Positions 44,674 to 52,666 of a stretch of DNA of 60,975 bases are shown here, one piece after another. The translations under genes were made by a program, and so were the position numbers. The stretch comes from Patescibacteria group bacterium (GTDB lineage Bacteria; Patescibacteriota; Minisyncoccia; Minisyncoccales; JAHCRE01): assembly GCA_020148025.1 (NCBI GenBank), contig JAHCRH010000002.1:1-60975 (forward strand), given 5' to 3'. The first letter of the stretch is position 1. Every line of letters begins with the position of its first letter. A model generated the notes under the pieces. The model ran no database searches and was not told the DNA's origin. It saw only the letters and a list, made by a program, of their open reading frames with translations.

Positions 44674-45783
44674 CTATTCGCTTTCAATAGCTACGCACTC
44701 CTCTCCATCAAAGCACTTCTCGAGCCCACAATCACAAATTTTTACCTGATGACTGTTTTCTGGTGCGCAACCACAAGGCCCAACAAGACATAGGTTGGGA
44801 AAATCATTAGTTGCTTCACAGCACAATGAGGTTGATACTGTCCCCCCAGAATCTATACAAGCTTGCTCTTCCTCGGTTAACTCTTCAGAAAGTGTACTGA
44901 ATGTTTCCTCAATGCTGATCTCATAATTACCTGCCTCATCAGCAGAGCTTACTAGATAATAGTAGGTAGTATCTGGAGTCAAATCAGAGAGCGCAATTTC
45001 ATGTTCTAATACTAACTCAGAAGAGCTTTCCACGGGGGTTAAATCCGTTACAACAAGCGGAGTTACTGTATCGTACCAGACCTTGCTATCTGCTTCTTCA
45101 TTAGTAACCCAGGTAATTTTCGCTGATGTTGTAGTAGTATCTATAGCACTGAGTTCTGAAATAAGGGGTGCTGTAGTATCTGGAGCAGGTATTTCTCCTA
45201 GCTTCTTAGCAATACCAGGAGGAAGCTCTTGTCCGGGTAAGGGCTTTGGTTCGAAATCAAGCTTTTTTCTAATTCCCTGGGCAATTAAAAGACCAGGTGG
45301 CACCTTACCAGACTCACCGGCACCTTCTACAAGCAACTCGTTTATTCTAGCTAGTGTTTTTGGCCCGACCACTCCGACCTGCTCAATTCCTGCTATCTTC
45401 TGAAATCTTTTTACCGCATTTCTTGTTAGCTGACCAAAATATCCCGTAACCAATCCTTCAGGATAAACATCTAGGTCTGTTGCCAATATCTCTTGTAACA
45501 ACTCGATATCTTCCCCGCTCATACCTATTCGCAGTTGTCTAATTAACTTTAGAGTTACTTTAATCTCTTTTTCTGTTTCCTTTATTTCCAACTTTGCCTG
45601 TCTTAATGATTCTATCTGTGTCACTAATGCTTGTATCTGCGTCTTTAATTGTTCTATTTGTTGTTGCAATGCTTGAATAAGCTCTTGTACCGAAGAAGTA
45701 TTTGTCTCTTCTGCTAAAACGGGTATAGACAACAAACCAAACAAAACACTTACACCCAAAAGGATAGTAATAATTTTTTTCAT
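44674..45783 (-). CDS. Secreted peptidoglycan-binding protein with an FN3-like domain and a C-terminal 10-Cys module
   Basis: Signal peptide and coiled coil. PG_binding_1-like GEDIELLQEIL...GYFGQLTRNAVKRFQ. FN3-like ITWVTNEEADSKVWYD...TTYYYLVSSAD. Cys module at aa 309-364. Confidence 0.7.
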   Translation of the reverse strand: MKKIITILLGVSVLFGLLSIPVLAEETNTSSVQELIQALQQQIEQLKTQIQALVTQIESLRQAKLEIKETEKEIKVTLKLIRQLRIGMSGEDIELLQEILATDLDVYPEGLVTGYFGQLTRNAVKRFQKIAGIEQVGVVGPKTLARINELLVEGAGESGKVPPGLLIAQGIRKKLDFEPKPLPGQELPPGIAKKLGEIPAPDTTAPLISELSAIDTTTTSAKITWVTNEEADSKVWYDTVTPLVVTDLTPVESSSELVLEHEIALSDLTPDTTYYYLVSSADEAGNYEISIEETFSTLSEELTEEEQACIDSGGTVSTSLCCEATNDFPNLCLVGPCGCAPENSHQVKICDCGLEKCFDGEECVAIESE

Positions 45784-45944
45784 TTTATCCTATTAGTTTA
45801 ATGAATTAGATTTTTAATATTAATTCGACCTTTGATGTTTATTAATGGATAAACTTCTCCCTTCTTATAGGATAAACTTTAGGGAAACAAAAATCAAGCT
45901 CGAGAGAAAAGCGCTCGGGTTAGAAACTGCCCGGCGACGAGTTT

Positions 45945-46751
45945 TTATTTTATTGGTTTTTGGCCGATACCGAATTCTACTGCTCTTTTAATTTGAGGTA
46001 TCTCCCAGGGATCGATATTCTTGAGCGAATTATTTTCAAAGCTTTGAATTATTTTAATGCCCTCTACATCCAGAGCAACCCTGTCAGTTGAGGCCAAAAT
46101 TAAATCAGATTCTCCAACCTCCCCTTCTGATGGTCCCCTATTAATAAAACATTTCCTGGCATCCATAATGATTAAATCAGGATTAATGATTTTGTTTAAT
46201 TCGGCTATTTTTTCTTGAATGCGTCTAAGATGAAGGTGAATCCGTTGAAGAGGTTTTATAAAACCAACAGAAAGTTTTAAGCTTCCTGTAAATTGAGCTT
46301 GAAAGTGAGTTTTCAAACAAGGAAGAAGAATTAACTTATCCACTTGATCTAAAAATTCGGTTACCGAGACTTTTTTCAAAAATTTAGCTCCAGGAATTTC
46401 TTTTTTAACCCACCCTCTCTCGTCAAAAATATAAATCCGAGGGGGTCTTTCCATCTTTTCTAGCTCAAAAATTCCAAGTTCTTCCATTACCTTACGAGTA
46501 TTCGATTTCATGGTGGAAGAATCACCAATCATTACCACTTTAGGTTTGCAGTCATAAACTAACTCAACCACGACTTTTAAAAATTCAGGGTCAGAAGAAG
46601 CAGGAAAAGGATCGGCGGTATTAAAATTTGGTTTCAACAAGACCACATCGGCGGGCTCAATAAATTTTTTAAAACCGCCAATTTGATTCACCGCCCTCAA
46701 TATTGAATCCTTTAAACTTTTCTCAAATTTTACTTTCACCACTTTTCCCAT
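45945..46751 (-). CDS. DUF362 domain protein
   Basis: VVLLKPNFNTADP...VMIGDSS pattern. ATG at 46751 preferred over the tracked TTG at 46763 because the A-family -10 box lies at 46768-46775. Confidence 0.65.
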   Translation of the reverse strand: MGKVVKVKFEKSLKDSILRAVNQIGGFKKFIEPADVVLLKPNFNTADPFPASSDPEFLKVVVELVYDCKPKVVMIGDSSTMKSNTRKVMEELGIFELEKMERPPRIYIFDERGWVKKEIPGAKFLKKVSVTEFLDQVDKLILLPCLKTHFQAQFTGSLKLSVGFIKPLQRIHLHLRRIQEKIAELNKIINPDLIIMDARKCFINRGPSEGEVGESDLILASTDRVALDVEGIKIIQSFENNSLKNIDPWEIPQIKRAVEFGIGQKPIK

Positions 46752-46847
46752 ATTCGTTACCAATCTTATTCTACCAAAAAATCGCCTTTTTGGCGATTAA
46801 ATAAAAACAGCCCAGTGACGGGCTTTTTGGTTTTTGTATGCATTTAT

Positions 46848-47465
46848 TCAAAACATTGGGGCCAATATTAGTAGAATTAATAGCCTACTTCCAGAGAGTG
46901 CAAGAATCGTCATTAAAATTATAGTAGTCGAGTTCAGTATTGGATATTCAAATCTCTTAGTCGCAGTATTTTTTTTAGAGAAGCAGTAAAATATTCTTAC
47001 CAATATTAGGATAGCTGGCATTAAGATTGATGCAAATAATATATATGACGTCATAAGCAAACGTGTTGGTACAATATGTACTACTTTACCTACCACCTGA
47101 TCCGCTGTTATTTTCCCCTTGTCTGGTCTTTCATTAGCATCTCCTTTTGTCCGAAATGTGAGGATTGGATTTTCCCCTATATCCACTACCCTGTGAACAA
47201 TCGTTACTGGTATCGAGTCTACTTTGAAGGAGATTATGTCTCCGACTTGGATGCCTTCTGTGCCTTTTTTTATTAATATTGTATCGCCATTCATCAACGC
47301 CGGGGCCATACTGTATCCTATTACCGGCATAAAGATACGGTCAGCACCCGCTAAGGAAAATAAGAAGGAATAGAGTACAAGAATGGACGGTGTAATCGAT
47401 ACCAATAATGCCACTATCAGCCCCACATTTAGAACTACTTTCAACACTTTTTTCTTTTTCATCAT
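46848..47465 (-). CDS. Signal peptidase I (S26, archaeal/eukaryal-like type)
   Basis: GYSMAPALMNGDTILIKK (Ser nucleophile), GDIISF, TIVHRVV (His). Confidence 0.72.
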   Translation of the reverse strand: MMKKKKVLKVVLNVGLIVALLVSITPSILVLYSFLFSLAGADRIFMPVIGYSMAPALMNGDTILIKKGTEGIQVGDIISFKVDSIPVTIVHRVVDIGENPILTFRTKGDANERPDKGKITADQVVGKVVHIVPTRLLMTSYILFASILMPAILILVRIFYCFSKKNTATKRFEYPILNSTTIILMTILALSGSRLLILLILAPMF

Positions 47466-47587
47466 CTCGTCCTCCTGTATTCAGATTTTAAAGGACTTTC
47501 TATTAAGAATAATTTACCGCAAATTCTTTATTTTGTCAATCAAGCCCCGAGAAAAACTCTCGGGGTTTTATTTCGCTTAACTGTCCT

Positions 47588-47779
47588 TTAATTTTCTTTA
47601 TATTTTTTATAACACTTCCTGCATAAATGAATCTCACACTTGAAACCTTTATAATCAAACCAAATATGCCAAGCCTTATGCATATATTTTTGACAGTTAG
47701 CGCATCTAAAACCTCTGTATTTTGGTTTAGGATTTATATTCCAACTTTGAACAGTTTTTAATAAAATTTTTTTATTCAT
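47588..47779 (-). CDS. Small zinc-finger protein (63 aa)
   Basis: CANC ... H ... CRKC. Leaderless-type TGATAAAAT lies 6 nt from the ATG. Confidence 0.5.
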   Translation of the reverse strand: MNKKILLKTVQSWNINPKPKYRGFRCANCQKYMHKAWHIWFDYKGFKCEIHLCRKCYKKYKEN

Positions 47780-47850
47780 TAACCCATTTTATCAAAAAAT
47801 CGCCTTTTAGGCGATTTTTTGAAAATCGCCCAGTGATTGGCTTTCTTGTG

Positions 47851-48102
47851 TTATTTTTTCTCGTAAATTCTGCGCCACCAAAATTTTCCCTGCCAGAAGC
47901 CAAATAAAGCCCCGGCAATAAAAAGAATAACAGTCCCTATATGGTGGATTATAAACCATTGCGACCATGAAAAACCAAGACTATATTTTGGAAAATCGCG
48001 AATTAGAAGACCAATATACCAAGTTTCAACCAAGCCATGGATTAAAAACTGAAGCAGAATACCCAAAAATGTGAATAAAGTTATATAAATTGTCTTTTTC
48101 AT
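47851..48102 (-). CDS. Small membrane protein (83 aa)
   Basis: Two to three hydrophobic helices. GGTAGAAT lies 6 nt from the ATG. Confidence 0.55.
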   Translation of the reverse strand: MKKTIYITLFTFLGILLQFLIHGLVETWYIGLLIRDFPKYSLGFSWSQWFIIHHIGTVILFIAGALFGFWQGKFWWRRIYEKK

Positions 48103-48108
48103 ACTTTT

Positions 48109-48164
48109 ATTCTACCAAAAAATCGCCTTCTTGGCGATTAAACAAAAACTGCCCAGCGACGGGC
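48109..48164 (-). repeat. Tandem B-family and A-family modules (representative)
   Basis: B hairpin GCCCAGCGACGGGC at 48151-48164, then the A module TCGCC-TTCTT-GGCGA with GGTAGAAT (48109-48139). The same B-then-A order occurs at 19379-19433, 46768-46823 and 47786-47841. Confidence 0.8.
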
Positions 48165-48232
48165 TTTTTGATTTTTCTCCTTTTTCCAGCTCACAAGATT
48201 TGCGGGCTCGAAAAAAGAGGGGGAAGGAACGT

Positions 48233-48763
48233 TTAGATCATAATAAGGTTTAAGAGTTTCGATGGTTTGTCCACTTTTCCGACCTCTAATTCCCATTTAG
48301 GCATTTGGATGAGACGCCATCGTCTTAAACGCTCTCCAGATTCATTGTGGATATAGCTCCCAACTTCTTTGTAACCTGCTCTTCTGGCAATAATGAACGC
48401 GGCTTTTATAAGATACTGCCAGATTTTATATCCGCTTTCATTCTCTAACCAAGGAGTTTGGTCTAAAACCACTTCTTTGCCTCGGAATTTTGGTTCAACA
48501 TAGAGATCACCTATGAGTGGTGGTTGACTACGCAGATCTAATCTGACAAATCCTACAGGTTCACCTTTGCAATATACCAATATGTTCACTCTTAACCCAA
48601 GTCTCAATTGTTCTTCTCCGATTGCTAAATCTCCACGATCAGCTTCGACGGATTCTCTGAACTTTTGATCGAGTATCTTGTATTCTGAGAGATACTTTTT
48701 TCCTAAATTACGATGTAGGATTTTGAGTGAGATCTTAAACATCATCTTCGCCTCGGCAGGCAA
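48233..48763 (-). CDS. GNAT-like acetyltransferase-fold protein (start uncertain: TTG 48763 or ATG 48745)
   Basis: GEPVGFVRLD...IGDLYVEPKFRGKEV...IKAAFIIARRAGYKEV resembles the GNAT motif A region. Confidence 0.4.
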   Translation of the reverse strand: MPAEAKMMFKISLKILHRNLGKKYLSEYKILDQKFRESVEADRGDLAIGEEQLRLGLRVNILVYCKGEPVGFVRLDLRSQPPLIGDLYVEPKFRGKEVVLDQTPWLENESGYKIWQYLIKAAFIIARRAGYKEVGSYIHNESGERLRRWRLIQMPKWELEVGKVDKPSKLLNLIMI

Positions 48764-48950
48764 GAAACCAATTTTGATTCCCTCTCTGCCGAGGTGAACT
48801 CCTTCCCCATAAATTATGTTAAAGAACTTTATCTTAAGGAGCTAAGCTCCTTTTTCCAGCTCACAACATGTTTCCTCATTCCCAGCGAGAAGTGTTCTCG
48901 CTGGTCTGAACATTGCGGGCTCGAAAAAAGAGGGGAGAAGGAAAAGCTTT

Positions 48951-49160
48951 TTAATTATGTCTCACACGGTTAATAACGAGGTAGGCACTAGGAAATACAA
49001 TGAGATAGCAAAAGATACCGATGATAGGACAAGCGATTCCTGGCCACCTAAAGCCCGGCTCTGGAAAAACGAAAATTCCAAGGCAAACCGTTACCAATAC
49101 CGCTACTGTCATTGCGACTCCAAAGCTTATTCCCAGATTTATATCTGTCTTCTCCTTCAT
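48951..49160 (-). CDS. Small membrane protein (69 aa)
   Basis: Two hydrophobic helices. Long structured 5' UTR. Confidence 0.5.
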   Translation of the reverse strand: MKEKTDINLGISFGVAMTVAVLVTVCLGIFVFPEPGFRWPGIACPIIGIFCYLIVFPSAYLVINRVRHN

Positions 49161-49190
49161 TTTTTATTTCCTTCTATTCACTTTTGATTT

Positions 49191-49245
49191 CGGATAGCCC
49201 AATTTATCTACCAGTGAAAAACTGATAAGCAAGTTGGGCTATCCG
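49191..49245 (-). promoter_or_regulatory. 12-bp perfect stem in a 5' UTR
   Basis: CGGATAGCCCAA ... TTGGGCTATCCG with a 31-nt loop, between promoter 49303-49331 and ATG 49160. Confidence 0.4.
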
Positions 49246-49302
49246 AATTTCTTCTCCCTCCCCATAAATTTTTTAAAAGAACTATTCTTATCTTACACCT
49301 CT

Positions 49303-49331
49303 ATTATACACCCAAAGAAAAAATTTGTCAA
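49303..49331 (-). promoter_or_regulatory. Promoter (TTGACA-17-TATAAT) with an M motif upstream
   Basis: Minus-strand TTGACA at 49326-49331 and TATAAT at 49303-49308. M motif at 49349-49357. Confidence 0.55.
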
Positions 49332-49458
49332 GCGAAATATCTCATAAATGTCGCACAGAAGGTAGGGTGCATTCAATTAAAAAAAGGCTTAAAAAGCCCT
49401 GCTCTCTCCCACCATTCGTATAAAATTTACACAAAATTCGAATTCTAGTTCGTATAAT

Positions 49459-49869
49459 TCATTTTTTGATTAGCTTTTTTAATCTTTCCCAAAATTTTTC
49501 CCAAAGATTTTTTTCTTCTTTTGGAGTTTCCTCTTCAACTTTGAATTCTTCTTCAATTTCAGTAATTAATTTTTTTTCTCCAATTTCTCTTCTGAAAAAA
49601 TCAGAAATTTTTTGCCAGATATTTTGAAAGAAAGGAAAAATATAAGAATCCCAGAGATTTTTGAACCATTTCCATATTCCTTGCCAAATTTTTAAAACTT
49701 CCTGCCAAGCTCCCTTTAGGGCCATAGGGAAAAATTCCAAAATTTTTTTACCAATTTCTTTTAATTCAGCTGAACTTTCAGGTGCTTTTACTGGTTGATC
49801 TTCTTGGGCAAAAGAAAAACTCGGTAAAATTAAGCCAAATATTAACAAAATTATGACTAATTTGTTCAT
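49459..49869 (-). CDS. Secreted Trp-rich hypothetical protein
   Basis: Signal peptide MNKLVIILLIFGLILPSFSFA, then an amphipathic W-rich segment. Confidence 0.55.
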   Translation of the reverse strand: MNKLVIILLIFGLILPSFSFAQEDQPVKAPESSAELKEIGKKILEFFPMALKGAWQEVLKIWQGIWKWFKNLWDSYIFPFFQNIWQKISDFFRREIGEKKLITEIEEEFKVEEETPKEEKNLWEKFWERLKKLIKK

Positions 49870-49872
49870 AGT

Positions 49873-51471
49873 TCATAGTTTATTCCTCGCCTTTTTAATT
49901 CTTTTTAAGACCTTTTCTTTTCCCAAAATTTCGGCGATTTCAAAAGGACCAGCTGAAGCTTTTTTTCCAGTCAAAGCTACTCTCAAGGGCCATAAAATGT
50001 ATCCCCTATCCCCTGCCTCGCCGGCAGGCGGGCCTGCTGGTTTTTTTATTTCTTTAGCAAACTTTTCCGCTTCTGGTAATAAAATTCTTTCTAAGTTTTC
50101 CTTATTAAATTCTTCGCCCCTTATTTTATATAATATTTTTCTTGATTTGTCAAGCGAATGCTTAATTTCTTTATCAGTCATCTCCCGCCACCTTAAAAGC
50201 TCTTTGTCATATTCTAATTTTTCTTTGAAGAAAAAATCAGTTAATTCAGAAATTTCAGATAATTTTTTTAATCTCTCTTGATAAATTGAAATAATTTTTT
50301 TTAGAGTTTCAAGAGAAATTTCTTTTCCGGTTTCTCTAATTTTAAACTGGGCTTTTTCTTTCAAAGGCAGTTTTAAAGGTTCGGGATTATTTTTTCCTTC
50401 AATTAAACCTGATTCAATTAGATAAGGGAGGCAGAGCTCAGTTAATCTGTCAATCGATTTTTGACGGATATAAAATCCATTTAAAAAATCTAATCTTTTA
50501 ATATTAAAAACTGCTCCTCCTTTTTGGCATCTCTCAATTGAAAATTCTTTAACTAAAGAAGCCAAGGAATAAATTTCTCTTTCAGTTCCCGGATTCCATC
50601 CTAAAAAGACCATAAAATTAATCAAAGTCTCAGGCAAATATCCAGATTTTTGATATTGATTAATCGAGATTGCTCCGTGCCTTTTACTTAATTTGCTTCT
50701 ATCCGGCCCTAGAATTAAGGGTAAATGGGCATATTTTGGTCGAGGAAAATTGAGGGCTTTCTGAATTAAAATCTGTTTTGGGGTGTTGGAAATGTGTTCC
50801 TCTCCTCTGATTACATGAGACACCCGCATCTCAAAATCATCGACCACGCAGGCAAAATTATACAAAGGAGTAGATAAATCTTTGGCAATGACAATATCGC
50901 CAATTAAACTGGCATCAAATTCTATTTTCCCTCGAATTAAATCATCAAACTCAACTTTTCTTGCTGGAATTCTAAATCTAATAACTGGTTTTTTTCCTTC
51001 CGCTTTATATTTTTTTACCTCTTCTTTTGAAAGCTGGGCGCATTTTCCAGAATAACGGGGAGGTTCGCCAATTGACATTTGATATTGTCTCTGGGCTTCT
51101 AATTCTTCTTCTGAACAAAAGCAATAATAGGCCCTATCTTCGCTTAAGAGTTTCTCTAAATATCTCTGATAAATTTCTTCTCTCCGGCTTTGACGATAAG
51201 GTCCGTATTGTCCGCCAATATCTGGCCCTTCATCCCATTCAATTCCCAGCCATTTTAAGCTTTCCACAATATCTTTTTCGTATTCAGGTTTAGACCTTTC
51301 AACATCAGTATCTTCAATCCTTAAAATAAAAGTGCCTTGATATTTTTTAGCAAAAAGATGATTGAAAAGAGCGGTTCGGGCAACTCCAATGTGAAAAAAA
51401 CCTGTAGGAGAGGGAGCGATTCTAGTTCGAATCTCTCCTGGTTTGATAAATTTAAAATTTTGATCCTCCAT
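49873..51471 (-). CDS. gltX: Glutamyl-tRNA synthetase
   Basis: RIAPSPTGFFHIGVARTALFN (HIGH) and KLSKRHG (KMSKS). It contains a GC-rich palindromic insert encoding PAGPPAGEAG. Confidence 0.93.
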   Translation of the reverse strand: MEDQNFKFIKPGEIRTRIAPSPTGFFHIGVARTALFNHLFAKKYQGTFILRIEDTDVERSKPEYEKDIVESLKWLGIEWDEGPDIGGQYGPYRQSRREEIYQRYLEKLLSEDRAYYCFCSEEELEAQRQYQMSIGEPPRYSGKCAQLSKEEVKKYKAEGKKPVIRFRIPARKVEFDDLIRGKIEFDASLIGDIVIAKDLSTPLYNFACVVDDFEMRVSHVIRGEEHISNTPKQILIQKALNFPRPKYAHLPLILGPDRSKLSKRHGAISINQYQKSGYLPETLINFMVFLGWNPGTEREIYSLASLVKEFSIERCQKGGAVFNIKRLDFLNGFYIRQKSIDRLTELCLPYLIESGLIEGKNNPEPLKLPLKEKAQFKIRETGKEISLETLKKIISIYQERLKKLSEISELTDFFFKEKLEYDKELLRWREMTDKEIKHSLDKSRKILYKIRGEEFNKENLERILLPEAEKFAKEIKKPAGPPAGEAGDRGYILWPLRVALTGKKASAGPFEIAEILGKEKVLKRIKKARNKL

Positions 51472-51477
51472 AAATTT

Positions 51478-52602
51478 TTACATTTTTAAATATTCGACGA
51501 TATATTCGGCAATTATTTTAGCTGCTCGAGGTTTAGAAAATTCCTTAGCTAGCTTCCCCATTTTCTCTAATTGACTGGGGTGAGAAAATAAATACTTTAT
51601 TCTTTCTAAGAAAAAATGAGGGGTGAAATTTATCTCTTCAATTATAAGAGAGGCCTCATTTTGGGCGAAGGAGTAGGCGTTTTTCACTTGATGGTTTTGG
51701 GCCGCTTCTGGTAAAGGAATTAAAATACTTGGCTTTCCTAGGGCTGAAATTTCAAAAATCGTTCCTGATCCTGCCCGACCGACAATTAGATCACAAGCCT
51801 GGTAGGCCTGCTTGAGCTCTTCTTCTTTTAAAAAGGGAAAAAGATGATAATATTTTTTAAAACCCTCAGGCACTATAACCTCTATTTCTTTTTTAACTGC
51901 TTTGAAGTTTTTTGTTCCCGCTTGATGAATTAGCTCAAAATCTTTGAGAATTTCTGGTAAGATTACTGAGATTACATCATTAATTCTTTGAGCTCCCTGA
52001 GAGCCACCTAAGATTAAAATTAGCGGTTTCTTTCCATTCAATTTAAATAATTCCCTAGCTTCTTTTTTCGAACCTTCCAAGACTTCTCTTCTTATTGGGT
52101 TGCCAACCAGAATCATTTTTTTCGGGGAAAAATATTCAGTCCGGGGAAAGGAGACAAAGATTTCTAAAGCAAATCTGCTTAAAAATCGATTAGATAAGCC
52201 CGGGGCAATATCTGATTCATGTAAAAAGATTGGAACTCCCAGAAACCAACCAGAAATTACAGTTGGGATTGAGCCATATCCTCCTTTGCTAAATATTAAA
52301 TCGGGAGCGGAAAAGAAAATAAACAAAAAGGCCTGAATGATCCCCAACGGGATTTTAAATAAAATATCGATGAGATTTAGAAAGAAGCTCCCTACTCCTA
52401 AATATCTTCTGATTTTCCCAGCTAATATTATCTTGACCTTAATCCCTTCTTGGGAGAGCAAATCTGAACTAAGCTCGTCCTTCGGGCCCAGATAAAGAAA
52501 TTTGAGATTTTTTTCAGGATAAATTCTTCTTATCTCTCTACAAACTGCAATTATTGGAAAAATGTGACCACCGGTACCGCCACCGGTAAAGAGAATCTTC
52601 AT
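51478..52602 (-). CDS. murG: UDP-N-acetylglucosamine--N-acetylmuramyl-(pentapeptide) pyrophosphoryl-undecaprenol GlcNAc transferase
   Basis: FTGGGTGGHIFP N-terminus. LILGGSQGA and GRAGSGTIFE motifs. Confidence 0.9.
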   Translation of the reverse strand: MKILFTGGGTGGHIFPIIAVCREIRRIYPEKNLKFLYLGPKDELSSDLLSQEGIKVKIILAGKIRRYLGVGSFFLNLIDILFKIPLGIIQAFLFIFFSAPDLIFSKGGYGSIPTVISGWFLGVPIFLHESDIAPGLSNRFLSRFALEIFVSFPRTEYFSPKKMILVGNPIRREVLEGSKKEARELFKLNGKKPLILILGGSQGAQRINDVISVILPEILKDFELIHQAGTKNFKAVKKEIEVIVPEGFKKYYHLFPFLKEEELKQAYQACDLIVGRAGSGTIFEISALGKPSILIPLPEAAQNHQVKNAYSFAQNEASLIIEEINFTPHFFLERIKYLFSHPSQLEKMGKLAKEFSKPRAAKIIAEYIVEYLKM

Positions 52603-52666
52603 GTTAACATTTTAACATACAAACATTTAAACATTTTGAATATTTTTTGTTTAGACATTTAGGTAC

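Noticed and set aside
10445-48164. CRISPR or TIGR-like array formed by the repeated hairpins.
   Set aside because: The repeats are separated by whole genes at irregular spacing of 0.3-2 kb. There are no cas or tas genes and no regular repeat-spacer periodicity.
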